Of a stretch of 64,000 nucleotides of DNA, positions 1 to 12,600 are shown piece by piece; position 1 is the stretch's first letter, and each line of letters starts with the position of its first letter. The position numbers were made by a program, and so were the translations under genes. The stretch covers positions 15,314,001 to 15,378,000 of the forward strand of contig CATNEN010000003.1 of the NCBI GenBank assembly GCA_950097015.1, read 5' to 3'. This DNA is from Macrostomum hystrix. Its lineage: Eukaryota > Animalia > Platyhelminthes. The notes under the pieces were generated by a model. It was not told the origin of the DNA. It did not search any database and saw nothing but the letters and a program-made list of their open reading frames with translations.

Positions 1-310
1 TAGATGTTGTAGAGTGACAGTGGAGTGACAGCAGATGTAGTGGAGTGACAGTGGAGTGACAAAGGAGGATGAGAGTGGAGTGACAGTAGATGTAGTGGAG
101 TGAAAGTGGAGTGACAAAGGAGGATGACAGTGGAGTGACAGCAGATGTAGAGGAGTGACAGTGGAGTGACAAAGGAGGATGACAGTGGAGTGACAGTGGA
201 TGACAGTGGAGTGACAAAGGAGGATGACAGTGGAGTGACAGTAGATGTAGTGGAGTGACAAAGGAGGATGACAGTGGAGTGACAGCGGAGTGACAGCAGT
301 CAAGCTGACA
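1..310. repeat. Intronic low-complexity tandem repeat (GTGGAGTGACA variants)
   Basis: Repeated gtggagtgaca(gtagatgta/aaggaggatgaca) units from the window start; lies in the intron after the 378-443 exon. Confidence 0.9.
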
Positions 311-377
311 GTCGGATACTGTAGGTGACAAGAAGAGGCAGGTGGGACAGTGGAAACAGGACACCAGTTCAGCTCAC

Positions 378-3300
378 CGCATGGTCCATTCGAAATTGTG
401 CAATGGCAAGAGCTGTCAAGGCCTCAGGTTGGTTGGGATATTCCTAAAAAGCACAGTTACAAGCAGATATCAAAGAAGTAAATGAATGCCTAAATACAAA
501 ATCTTAATTTTAAGTTGAAAAAAAGAAATTACCTTTAAGAATCGTTCATAATGTTCTATAGCCTTATCCAAATAACCAGTGTTCATGAGAACTAGACCAA
601 ATGCTGTAAAAATAACTGGTTAATGATGATAATTGATGATTACGTTTAAGTCAAAATATTTGAAGGAATTTTTAAACTTACAGAATCGTTTTAACAAAGA
701 CTCAGATCCAAAATCAAATGTGAGAAACTTTGAAGCAACAATATGGCGAGCATAGTTCTGAAATGGTACACATATTCATATATAGCTATACACTTTCAGC
801 CTAAAGAGATGAATTAAAATTATTAATCTAATAAGTAACTACTCACATGAAATTGGGTTTTGTTGAATGGTTCAGATTTTGAACAGACAGAACAAGCACC
901 AAATGGGCAAGTCTCTACAATGAAGAACATGTTTAACAATTCAGATTTTTTATTCTAACATTACATAAGTAATATTTGTTTCAATTAATCAGATAATTAC
1001 CAAGTGAGCTGTGACAGGCCGATAACACATCCAAATCACTAGCATTATCATTGAATGCTGCCTAAAATTTGTTTTAAATAACAAGTAATCTTAGTAAAAG
1101 CATGAAATAAATGTATTTTACCCAAGAAATTTAAGCACTAAGCAACCCAATACCTTTTTGAGAGTTAGAAAATACTTTGTAGCTTACTTTTTTTATTTTT
1201 TTTTCTGCATATATTTTTATCAGTGATGCTTTAATACTGATCGATTTAATGCAGTGATGACTGATCAGTATTATAACTTTATAACCATAAAAGTATGTTT
1301 TATTAACTTAGATTTTACTAGAACTATGGATTGCAGACTTAAAGCATATTTTTTATAAAAATACATCTGCAACCTAGATGTGATATTATTCTTTCTTTCT
1401 AGTTTATGTCATAAATTTATAAATTAGAAGATGTCACTCAAAAAGTATATTTCGCTAAATGGCTAACAACTAGATTTCTACAGACTACAAGCAAGTAAAT
1501 GATGTAAACTGAACTTAATAAACTGAAAATCCGCAACTTTTTGTAAATATGTTGTTTTAATACATATAAATTGCATAAATTTGTTTTAATGTGAAAATAT
1601 ATTGTTTAAATGTGCTATAATTATTTTGTTTAAAAGGATACATTTTTAGTATAAATAAAGGAGCAAAATTGAGGGAAAAACTAACCTTTATCAAGGCAGT
1701 TCGAAACAAAGTTTGTATACAATACTCAGAATTGTGTTCTTTCATTCTTTATAAAACATACAGAGACAAATACTAAGAAATTTTCAAGAGAGAGAGAGAA
1801 ATAGAAAGTATTGCTGTACTACACTTGAGATTATTGGTAATGCTCTTTGGAAAGCTTATACTCAGAAATACATACATACGGTAAAGTAATCGGCTTGAAT
1901 AACTAAATACACTACCTAGACTGGCAATTTTCGACTTTCCCGCTCTAAATTATTTTACACATTTTTTCAGCTGATCCTGGCTGGCCAACCACAGGCACCA
2001 TGGTTTATTGTCAACCCTGACCTTCTGAGGCCCACAATTGAGCTGTGGGACCTGGACGTAAACCACCGGGAGCTGACAGGCCTGACTGGTGAGACAAGAA
2101 TTGAATGGCTTGCAGACAGGAATTGCCTGCTATGCAATTCCATGGCATGCCCACATTGCCCAGGCCAGCAGTGTGGTTACCAACATCAAGCTGGGTGGGA
2201 ATATGTTGATGGTGTCTGCTGGTCCTGCAAGAACTGCAAGAGGCACCAGTTGATTAGGCTGGGCTCGTTCTTCGGGGGTAGCCACCTGAGCCTTGTGCTG
2301 CTGAATCTATTTCTGGGCTGCCAATATACGCCTGACAGATACAGCACATGAGACCCGTGTCACACGGGACAGTGTCATTGATTGGTTCTTTGTGTGCCAC
2401 ATATGAGCCCAGTACCTCATCAACCACCCAACGCAGCTCAGTGGACCTGGCATCGATGTTGAAATCAATGAGTCCAAATTCATGCATTGCAAGTACCACC
2501 GTGGTGCATATCACAAGGGCCACTGGGTCCTCAGAATGGTTGAGTGTGGTGCCAGTTTCTGTGTCCTCATCCCAGTCACCGACCGCTGAGCTGATCCACT
2601 GATTGCCTAACATGTCCTGCCTGAAACAAGTCATCACAGATCAGTGGGCTAGCTATCATGCATTGCCTAGCAACCATGCCACCGTAAACCTCATGCTACA
2701 CTTCCACGACCTGAATGACCCATCCATCCATACCAACCAGGTCAAGGGAATGCAAGGCCAAATTCTATGCCATGCATGGTATGTCTGATCAGCTGTTCAA
2801 CACATACCTGAAGGAATTCATGTGGCACCACCAGTTCCCTACCAAGCACTTCGGCAACATCCTGTACTGGATCGCCCACTATTACCCTGCCATGTGACTT
2901 CCCTTTGACATTTTGAACATATATTTTTACGTTTTCTTACTTGTCTTACTGCCCCAAACTCGAATTCATTGTAAAATAATTTAGAGTGGGAAAGTCAAAA
3001 ATCGTCCCTAGACTAACTAAATGCAATACTCAGAATAAGAAAATGCACTACCAGACTAAATACGCTACCAAGAAATTCTTTGAAATATATATATAATACA
3101 TTCTCTAAGACTAATTTTAAGAAAATAGAAAAACTAGGGGCCTACCTCTATGAAAACAACTTTTGTAAAAAGTTAACAATAAGAAATACAACAACATTGT
3201 GAAAGTAAAGTTAGAATAGTAATTAGCACTAGGACAACATTGGTAACAGCAGTAAGACTTTCTTATAGGCCTATATTATTTAATTACCCCTAGGACAACT

Positions 3301-3830
3301 TTGGTGGCATTCAGTGGGATATTAAATATTATAAAATAGCACTAGCACATAAATATAAATGAAAGAGTGCATACTTCAAAACAGTACATATGCAAAAAAA
3401 ACTTTCAATGCAAAGCATAGTAAATCATTTAAAATTAAGTACCAAAACTTACATGAATGGAGAAAAACTGGTAGAGTTCAAAAAAGTTTTGAAATGCACT
3501 CGGAATTTTAGCATCCTTTGTGTCTTTGGATGTTGCAACACCAACAGTGGATTTTGCATCAAACAGCCCACCATGTCCATTTCCAGAGTCATGAATTTGT
3601 AGGCCAATAAGGCTCAGTGAACTTAATGAGGAGTTTAAGTATTTTAATTCACTAAACGTTTTCGAACTTGCTGTGTATTTCAAAGCAAGCTTTAGGTAAC
3701 TAGACAAAATCAGATGACTCTCAGAGAAAATGACACTGTTACAGCGTGAAACCGAAACTAAAAGACATGCATAGACAATTATACTAGACAACACTGTCAA
3801 GAATGATATCTTCGAAACGAAGTAAGTCAT
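378..3830 (-). CDS. TTC13: TPR protein, TTC13-like, 5' exons (gene continues beyond the window start)
   Basis: Phase-consistent GT-AG exons 3830-3453 (hydrophobic signal-like N-terminus MTYFVSKISFLTVLSSIIVYACLLVSV), 1061-1001, 914-847, 757-682, 603-533, 443-378. The spliced product NYARHIVASKFLTFDFGSESLLKRFSFGLVLMNTGYLDKAIEHYERFLKEYPNQPEALTALAIAQ is a TPR resembling the first TTC13 TPR region (recalled similarity). Confidence 0.75.
1923..3006 (+). mobile_element. Decayed Merlin (IS1595/ISXO2-like) DNA transposon in TTC13-like intron 1
   Basis: About 35-bp TIRs (ggcaattttcgactttcccgctctaaattattttaca / tgtaaaataatttagagtgggaaagtcaaaaatcgtc); 8-bp TSD cctagact at 1915-1922 and 3007-3014; frameshifted transposase motifs CPHC..WSC..C, VEINESKF..KYHRG..GHWVL, ITDQWASY, HTNQVKGM, YLKEFMW. 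Confidence 0.85.
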
Positions 3831-4519
3831 TACTAAAAGCAATAGCTGAAGCTAGCTACTAAAAAATCAGGACAGAAGTCAAGACGGAAGGGTCAATCGT
3901 TTTTCTTTTGATACCGTTAACGAAAAAACGGACTTAATTATATGCTTCATACAAAATTAGCATATCTTAATAAGTAAAAGGTGAATGGTAGAGAATCAGC
4001 AAAATCAATGTTTGTTAAAAACAATCCAATATGCTGAAGTTTTTTTTAACTAAAGCTGATTCATTAAACTAACTAAGCCAACATCATTCATTAAAATTCT
4101 ATGAAATAAGGACAATTAAAGTTGAACTAGGATGTTAAAACAAACTTTTATTTTTGTTGACTAATCGAAACGATTAGAAGTCGTTTAGCTATAACTCGCA
4201 GCTATTATATTATAAAGCACTCGCAGAATTGTTAAGACAAACCTGATATAATAGCGTATCGTGTCTATCATGTAGCCTAACGTGTACCGTGTCTTTCTGA
4301 GTTGTCCAATTAATTTTTCAATCAATTTATGTCCTGTCGGCATTCCGTCTTTGTATTTAATCTTTGTTAGGCAGCATATTATCAATGTTAATGAGGTGCA
4401 ATTCACAACGTTGATAACGGTAAAATGGTAGTGGTAGTGGTTGGCTCTTCTGATTTCGAATTTCTTTTGAGAATTTCCAAGAGCGGTTTGACTTTAGAAG
4501 CTTCGACAGTCTCCGAGTT

Positions 4520-4835
4520 TAAGATTTGACAGCTCGCTTTCGGCCAGCTTCAATGGCATCAATCCAGGTGACCGAATTTAAAAGTCCAGTATTCGCTCCT
4601 TTCTGTATCAGCAGATTGACCAGCTTAAGTCTAGATTTAGCCTAAATTCCTGAAGTCAGCAGCATATAGCTCGATACAACGGCGAACGACCCTCGGCATT
4701 CTGACAATCATTGACAATTTTTAATTCGGCAGCCACCTCTGCGCAGTCCTCCAAGAGGAATTTAGCAATGCCAACGTTGCCACGAAAGCAGGCTATGTGA
4801 AGCAGTCGGGCTGGGCAGCCCTTCACTTCGATTGT
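4520..4835 (-). pseudogene. Degenerate ankyrin-repeat fragment
   Basis: Minus-strand translation ..RLLHIACFRGNVGIAKFLLEDC..NAEGRSPLYRAICC* then, after a frameshift, KLVNLLIQKGANT; in-frame stop and frameshift. Confidence 0.65.
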
Positions 4836-5087
4836 CTAAGCCTCCGTATAAAAGGTTATTGTGACATTTTGGAAAAAAATATTATGATTTTAACAAGGAT
4901 CACTTATTGCTCAATTTTATGATTAACTGACCTAATGAGATGGCGCTCTAAAGAAGAAAAAACGGTGTACATGGGCCTTAATTATAGCTCGTAGTTAAAA
5001 TAACTTTTAATTATTGTTAGCAGCTATATGAACAGACAATTTTAGCAAGTATACATAAGTAAACTTCACTTCCTCTTCTAAATCTCG

Positions 5088-6653
5088 GCAATGTCAAGCA
5101 CCGATTTCCGACGCTCCGTGGATCGCTGATTCTGATGGGAGGCAACTGCCAGAAGCGCCTGCAGCATCAGGCGCCTGCAGCTCGCACTCAGACCGGCGTC
5201 CGCATCTCGCTGACGTTCCGCGTCACCAAACCGGAGCTGCGGCGAAAACGAGCGGCACCGGATGACCCAACTTACAGCCAGCCACTTGACTGCGGTCCCT
5301 TCGGCGAGGCAACCCAGGCCAGCCCCAAGACCAGCAGGCAGAGCGTGGCGGCGGCGGTCAGCAGCGAGGCAGCCGCAGTGGCGGCGGCGGCAGACAGCGA
5401 GGCACGCGAGGTGGCGGCGGCGGCCGGGGTGCGGCGGCTGGTGCGGCGGCTGCGTCGGCGACCGCGGTGACGGGTTCGTCGGCGGCGTCGGCGGCGGCGG
5501 CAGCGGCGGCGGCTTCAACGACACAGGCTGCGACGGCGCGGCCCTATGCGCAAGTGGCTTCGGCTCGCGCACCTCCTAAGAGACCCCAGGCTGCCATTCC
5601 ACCGGTGGTCTTCGAGGTCCATCAGAGTGCGGCAAGCAAGCTGGTGGCCTTCATCACCTGGCTACAGGCCAACTTTGCCGTCGATGCTCGTGCCATCAAC
5701 ACAGCCGAAATGCCAATCAGCCCGCCTACCTAGTATTCCCGGCCACTGAGCGGGATTACAACGTTTTCCTAGGCGGTGCTCTGCGTCAGGACAGCCTCCT
5801 CGGCCATCGTGTCGAGCGTCGACCAGCACGATCACGGCCGCTGGACAACCGGACTGGCGCTGACAGAGTACGGCAGCAGCCACTGCTCACCTTTGTGGCG
5901 CTCGACGTGCCGTTTTCCTTCACAGAGGCCGAATTCGCCAGCATGCTCCGCGAGTCCTTGAAGCTCGACATCACGAGTGTGCATCGGATCCGTGCGCGAG
6001 CATTCGGGCAGGCCACCCGGTACATGCGCATCTTTACGAAGTCGAGAGCGACATTCGACCAGTGCCTTCGCGAAGGCATCTGCACCGACTTCCTGAAGTT
6101 CAGCTGCGAAGAGAGCCGCACCAACGAGCCGGTCCGCGCCCTGCAGTGCCAGCGCTGCCAGCAGTTCGGCCACCGTGTAGCCCAGTGCCAGGCGGAGCTG
6201 CGATGCCGAATCTGCGGCGGCTCGCATGCCTGGAAGGACTGCCAGCACGAAGGCCCGGCGACGTGCTCCAACTGCGGTGGTCAGCACCTAACGACCAGCC
6301 GAGCCTGCACTGTTGCGCAGGAGGAGCACGCCAAGGCGACGAAGGCGGCAGCTGAGGCCAAAGCTGCTGCGGCGCGAGCTGCGGAAGCCGCAGCTACGGA
6401 TGCTCCGTCTGCCTCGAGTGCGCCCGCCGACGTGTCCGACGCTTCGGACAGTGGCTGGCTGATCCGCCAAGGCCGCCGCAACGTGCCCGTCAATACCGCC
6501 ATCCGGCCGCTCTTCATCAGCAACGATGCACCATCTGATGCCAGGAGCCGACCGGCCGCCGAGACTGCCAGCGCCAGGTGTACGAGCGCCAATGAGGCTG
6601 CACCCTCCTGGACGCTGGCAGTGAGCCACAGCAGCAGCAGCAGACTGACTTGA
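5088..6653 (+). pseudogene. LINE ORF1: N-terminal AlkB-like fragment, Ala-rich linker, gag-like nucleic-acid-binding region with 3 zinc knuckles
   Basis: 5090-5225 encodes NVKHRFPTLRGSLILMGGNCQKRLQHQAPAARTQTGVRISLTFR; frameshift near 5428 into an Ala-rich/PYAQVA/IPPVVF segment; stops at about 5731 and 5770; ORF 5895-6653 has QCQRCQQFGH..C..CRICGGSH..C..CSNCGGQH..C. Confidence 0.8.
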
Positions 6654-6920
6654 AGCAGATGGTGAGCATGCTGTTGCCCCTGATCACCCGCTCTCTGACC
6701 CAGGTGATTGTGCGGACCCTGCCCAGGCCGCCTGGTGAGCTCCTCACAGTGGAATCGACCAGTAAAATGGTCGAGGACATTGTGCGGGCTGTCCTCCAGG
6801 ACGTGTCTGGCATGGCCTCCACCGCCTCCGGGGTCGTCGGCCCAGGCAGCTTAACCAGAAAACTGGAAATTCCTTAATTTAAATGGTAACCCTATTACCC
6901 AGACATCGGGTCTGAAACTC

Positions 6921-9028
6921 ATGCACCTCAACTGCAGAGGGTTTCACCCCAATAGCAGAGAACTCACCCAATGGGTCATTAGTCAAGAGATAGACATTGC
7001 TATCTTCTCTGAAACCATTCTCAAGAGTTCGCACACGGTCCAGATCCCTGGCTACTCCATCATCCGGTACGACACTCCGCATGTCAGACGCGGCCTGCTC
7101 CTTGCTCACTCACCGCGCGTCAAACTCACCAATGTTCGCTTGCACTACGACAACGTGAACCATGAAGTCATCTCCTGCACCGTCAGCCTGTCTGACAACT
7201 CTCACGGTGCCGACTTTAATCTGGCTCTCATTGAGTCGACTGTGCCAGACTGTGGTGGCCGAAATGCTCTGCCCAAACACATGCTTGAGCTGATAAAAGA
7301 GCGCAGACGACTCAGACGCCTCTTCAACAGCACCCGGGATGACAACTTCAAAAGGCTGGCCAACCAAATGGCCAACAGGATCAAAAGGGAAATCAGTTCC
7401 TTCCAGAGCGGCAAGCTCACCAGGAAGCTGATGGGCAAGTTCAAGCCCAGCTCCATTCCAACCCTCACTTCGGGTCAAACCAGTGCGCACACTGATCTGG
7501 AGAAAGCGAAGCTTCTCGCGGCCACTCTGGACTCAAAGATGCGCACAGTCCCATCCACTTGCGACCAGCTCAAACAGGAGGTGGCCGAAGTGGCCCAGTT
7601 CTCCTCTTTCTATGCGATTCCGGCCGACATCGATGGCATCTCCACTCACCCGCTTGAAGCCGCATTCACTGTAGCTGACACAGTGTGGGAGCTTGAGCAC
7701 CTCAAGCCTGATGGAGCACCTGGGCTGGACAGGATTCCCAATCGAGTGCTCAAACTCGGCCTTGAAGGCGTGGCGAACACCAGGATCACCAGACTCTTTA
7801 ACGCCTGCTTCAGTCAAGGGATCTTCCCCAGCGCTTGGAAGAAAGCTGTGGTGACAATGATCCCGAAGCCTGACAAACCGCCAGATAATCCAAACTCGTA
7901 CAGGCCAATCAGCCTGACCTCTTGCTTAGGCAAGGTGTTTGAGAAGCTGATTGCCAAGAGACTCTCCAAATTCCTTGAAGACAAGAACATTCTTGGTGAT
8001 GACCAATGCGCTTATCGCAAAGTCCACTCCACCTACGACAACCTGTGCCGACAGGTGCAGGACATGATGGTCTTAAAGTGCAAGGGAAAGAGGGCCGCTG
8101 CAGTCTTCCTTGACGTAGAGGCTGCCTTTGACTCTGCCTGGCACGACATGCTTAGGAGCCGCATGCTCAACACTGGCTTGCCTTCAATGCTCCAGCGCAT
8201 CCTGTCCGACTACCTCAGGAACAGGTACATCCAGGTGCGAGTCAACAACTCTCACTCAGTCAGCTGATCAGAATCCTAGCTGGCGTACCTCAGGGAGGCA
8301 TCTTGAGTTCTCTCCTGTACCTGCTGTACGTCAGCACAATGCCGATTCCTGAAAATCCAAACGTGAAACGCAGTCAGTTTGCTGACGACATGGCCATCTG
8401 GGCCTCCGCAGACACCTTTGCTGGTCTGCGGACATGCCTTCAGAGCTACCTCAGACAAGTCTGGGAGTGGTGCGGCAAGTAAGGCATCAGACTGAATGCC
8501 GACAAGAGCAAGGCAATCGCCTTCAACTACAAGCCGACAGCTCGCGCCGACTTGCGACCCAAACTGCAGCTGGGACAGACGGAGGTCCCCTACTGTCAGG
8601 AAGTGAAATTTCTAGGTGTCCTCCTCGACGCCAATCTTTGCTTGAACACGTGCAGGGCCATTGTCATGTCCCTGTGGCGCATCGCCAAGATCACTAAACT
8701 GAGCAGCGTCACTCTCAAGATGCTGTACAGGGCCTACGGTGAAAGTGCTCTCACCTACGGGGCCCGTAGGCGAATCTGCTACGATGTGCCTTCTTACCTG
8801 AGCACCGAATACCTTCACAAACTGGCCGGCATGCCAATGCTCTCAGCCAGAGTCAAGCAGCTCGGTGTGGCCTGGCTGCTCAAGATGAGAGCAGCTCGCC
8901 TGCACGGCTTCCACATCGAGCCGGAGCTGCCTCGCGCTCCGGGCCGAGTCCCCATCCTCAATGTCCTGTGGGCTGCCCTGAGGCGAGGACAAATCAACAG
9001 GCAGAACCCACTCCCAATCCAGGGCTGA
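6921..9028 (+). pseudogene. LINE ORF2: internally deleted AP endonuclease plus reverse transcriptase (frameshifted)
   Basis: HLNCRG, DIAIFSET, GADFN (APE, centre deleted); APGLDRIP, FPSAWKKAVVTMIPKPDK, YRPISLTSCLGKVFEK, FLDVEAAFD, GVPQGGILSSLLY, QFADD, KFLGVLLD; stop at 8265-8267 plus frameshift, another stop near 8480. Confidence 0.92.
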
Positions 9029-9676
9029 GCAGTCTCAGAGACCATTTCCCTTTTTTATTAGGTCCCTTCTTTGTGCGGGATTCCCCCTGTATATTCTCCC
9101 CATCGGGGAATTCGTTTCAACAACAACAAATCTCGAGACATTGTCGTTTTAAGACAAAAGGAAGCTACTGAGCTCAAAGTATACTCGAAACTAATTAAAC
9201 GCATTATTTTTCAACTTAAAAATAGATTATTACGTGAATCAACATTATTACGTGAATTGGCATCACAGTTTAGCTAAAGAGCAACAAGACATGCGAATTT
9301 ATTTCTTACCCAAAAGCTAGTATGGGAGCCACAAGAGTAGATGCTATCAATAGACATAAAACTGAAATTTAACAGTTAAAAACATATGCCCAGTCATCTG
9401 CAAAGCACGAAGTGTTTACAAACGTGGTAATTACGAGCGTAGTAGGCATTAACAATGCATTGTCATTTGTTAGCAAACGCAAGGAAAGCAATGGACAATC
9501 ACCAGATAGTAAAAAAGTATTTATCACAAAAATTCAAATACAACAACACCTAGAACTTTCTATGTATTTTTTCTGGCTAATGCTTGCCAGTTTTAAAATT
9601 TGTGAATGTGGCGATAAAACTGGGCATTACATGTTGAGTTGGCACACAATAGATTTATCGCTCTCTCACGCATACC

Positions 9677-12600
9677 TTAGCCAATGCTGGACCATTGAAA
9701 ATAGCTATTCCAACCTTCACCAGCCGGGTCTCGCCGTCTCGACGCTTCAGTAGCCGCCGCGGCTGCGGCCGCATCGTCCGAGGCCGCTTTAGCCAGCCGC
9801 TGCTGCTCGTCTGTGCTCAGCTGGAGCAGGGTGCTCAACACTGGCAGCAGTTGATGACGCTCCTGGCGCAGCGTGAGGAATTGCAGCACAATGTTCTTCA
9901 GATATTCCAGATTGCGCAACGAATTATTGCGCTCGGCGTTGCGCTCCTGCCGACGGATCTCTTCCTTGAGCACCCGAGCCTGCTCGCCTAGGCGTGCGGA
10001 CATCTCTTCGGATTCGCTTAGCAGTGAGGTCAGGTGCTCGATTCGCCTGGTTGGAAATAGATTAGAGAATCTAGGGACCTCAAGTCTCACTCTCTGGATC
10101 TAGGCACCTACAATCTCACCCCTGAATCTAGGCACCTACAATCTCACCTCAGAATCTAGGCACCTACAATCTCACCTCAGAATCTAGGCACCTACAATCT
10201 CACCTCAGAATCTAGGCACCTACAATCTCACCCCTGAATCTAGGCACCTACAATCTCACCTCAGAATCTAGGCACCTACAATCTCACCTCAGAATCTAGG
10301 CACCTACAATCTCACCTCAGAATCTAGGCACCTACAATCTCACCTCAGAATCTAGGCACCTACAATCTCACCTCAGAATCTAGGCACCTACAATCTCACC
10401 CCTGAATCTAGGCACCTACAATCTCACCTCAGAATCTAGGCACCTACAATCTCACCTCAGAATCTAGGCACCTACAATCTCACCCCTGAATCTAGGCACC
10501 TACAATCTCACCTCAGAATCTAGGCACCTACAATCTCACCTCAGAATCTAGGCACCTACAATCTCACCTCAGAATCTAGGCACCTACAATCTCACCTCAG
10601 AATCTAGGCACCTACAATCTCACCTCAGAATCTAGGCACCTACAATCTCACCCCTGAATCTAGGCACCTACAATCTCACCCCTGAATCTAGGCACCTACA
10701 ATCTCACCCCTGAATCTAGGCACCTACAATCTCACCCCTGAATCTAGGCACCTACAATCTCACCTCAGAATCTAGGCACCTACAATCTCACCCGTGAATC
10801 TAGGCACCTACAATCTCACCTCAGAATCTAGGCACCTACAATCTCACCCCTGAATCTAGGCACCTACAATCTCACCTCAGAATCTAGGCACCTACAATCT
10901 CACCTCAGAATCTAGGCACCTACAATCTCACCTCAGAATCTAGGCACCTACAATCTCACCTCAGAATCTAGGCACCTACAATCTCACCCCTGAATCTAGG
11001 CACCTACAATCTCACCTCAGAATCTAGGCACCTAAAATCTCACCTCAGAATCTAGGCACCTACAATCTCACCCCTGAATCTAGGCACCTACAATCTCACC
11101 TCAGAATCTAGGCACCTACAATCTCACCTCAGAATCTAGGCACCTACAATCTCACCTCAGAATCTAGGCACCTACAATCTCACCTCAGAATCTAGGCACC
11201 TACAATCTCACCTCAGAATCTAGGCACCTACAATCTCACCCCTGAATCTAGGCACCTACAATCTCACCCCTGAATCTAGGCACCTACAATCTCACCCCTG
11301 AATCTAGGCACCTACAATCTCACCCCTGAATCTAGGCACCTACAATCTCACCTCAGAATCTAGGCACCTACAATCTCACCTCAGAATCTAGGCACCTACA
11401 ATCTCACCTCAGAATCTAGGCACCTACAATCTCACCCCTGAATCTAGGCACCTACAATCTCACCCCTGAATCTAGGCACCTACAATCTCACCCCTGAATC
11501 TAGGCACCTACAATCTCACCCCTGAATCTAGGCACCTACAATCTCACCTCAGAATCTAGGCACCTACAATCTCACCCCTGAATCTAGGCACCTACAATCT
11601 CACCTCAGAATCTAGGCACCTACAATCTCACCCCTGAATCTAGGCACCTACAATCTCACCTCAGAATCTAGGCACCTACAATCTCACCTCAGAATCTAGG
11701 CACCTACAATCTCACCTCAGAATCTAGGCACCTACAATCTCATCTCTGAATCTAGGCACCTACAATCTCTTACCTGTCCGCCTTTATAAGTGCAACACGC
11801 ATGGCATCGATCGACTCAAGATCAGTTTCACGACCGCCAGCTCCGTCCTGAAACTGCTGCTGTTGCTGTTGCTGCTGCATTAACAGCAACTGTTCTAGCG
11901 GTACAACTGCGCTAGCTGAAGAAGAAGATTGCGAATTAACACCTGCAGCAGAAGCAGAAGAGACGACCACGGCAGCGGAACTGGCTTCGCTGCCTTCAGC
12001 CGCAGGTCGACGTTCTTCAGGCGGCTGCAGAGGCGGTGGAGTATGCGGCTTCTGGTGCTGCTGCTGCTGATACTGTTGCTGCTGATGCTGTTGCTGCTGC
12101 TGCTGCTGTTCATTAAGTTTAGCTTTAGCCACGGCAGCAGCGGCAGCAGCCGAATCAGCCGCGCATTGTAATTCATGGTTGGCCTCCTCGAGGCTGTCAA
12201 CTCGCGACTCAAGTTCGGCGATGCGTTCGCGAAGAGTGGCCTCCAGTTGAGACCAGGCGCGCTCTCGAGTCTGCGGACAGATGGAGACAAGGGTAATTTT
12301 TAGAGTCAAGAATCTAAACTAGAGTCTAGGAGTACAGGTTTAAGATTAAGCAGTACTGAAGGTTCATGATTGAGCAGTACTGAAGGTTTACGATTGAGCA
12401 AACAAAAAATCAGGATAGAGCTACCTGAAGTTAAAAAAAACCTGAAGTTTCAAAATAAAAAACCTGAAGTTTCAGAATAGAGCAGCCTGAAGTTTCAGGA
12501 TAGAGCAGCCTGAAGCTTCAGGATAGAGCAACCTGAAGTTTCAGGATAGAGCAACCTGAAGTTTCAGGACAGAGCAACCTGAAGTTTGAGGATAGAGCAA

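Larger units (their letters stand above)
5088..9127 (+). mobile_element. 5'-truncated non-LTR retrotransposon (Jockey/I-like LINE), inactivated
   Basis: TSD aaatctcg at 5080-5087 and 9128-9135; (CAA)n tail at 9118-9129; GC-rich island with ORF1 (three CCHC knuckles) and ORF2 (APE+RT). Confidence 0.92.

Noticed and set aside
5078-6822. Several minus-strand ORFs over LINE ORF1
   Set aside because: GC-rich antisense shadows; the recognisable motifs are on the plus strand.
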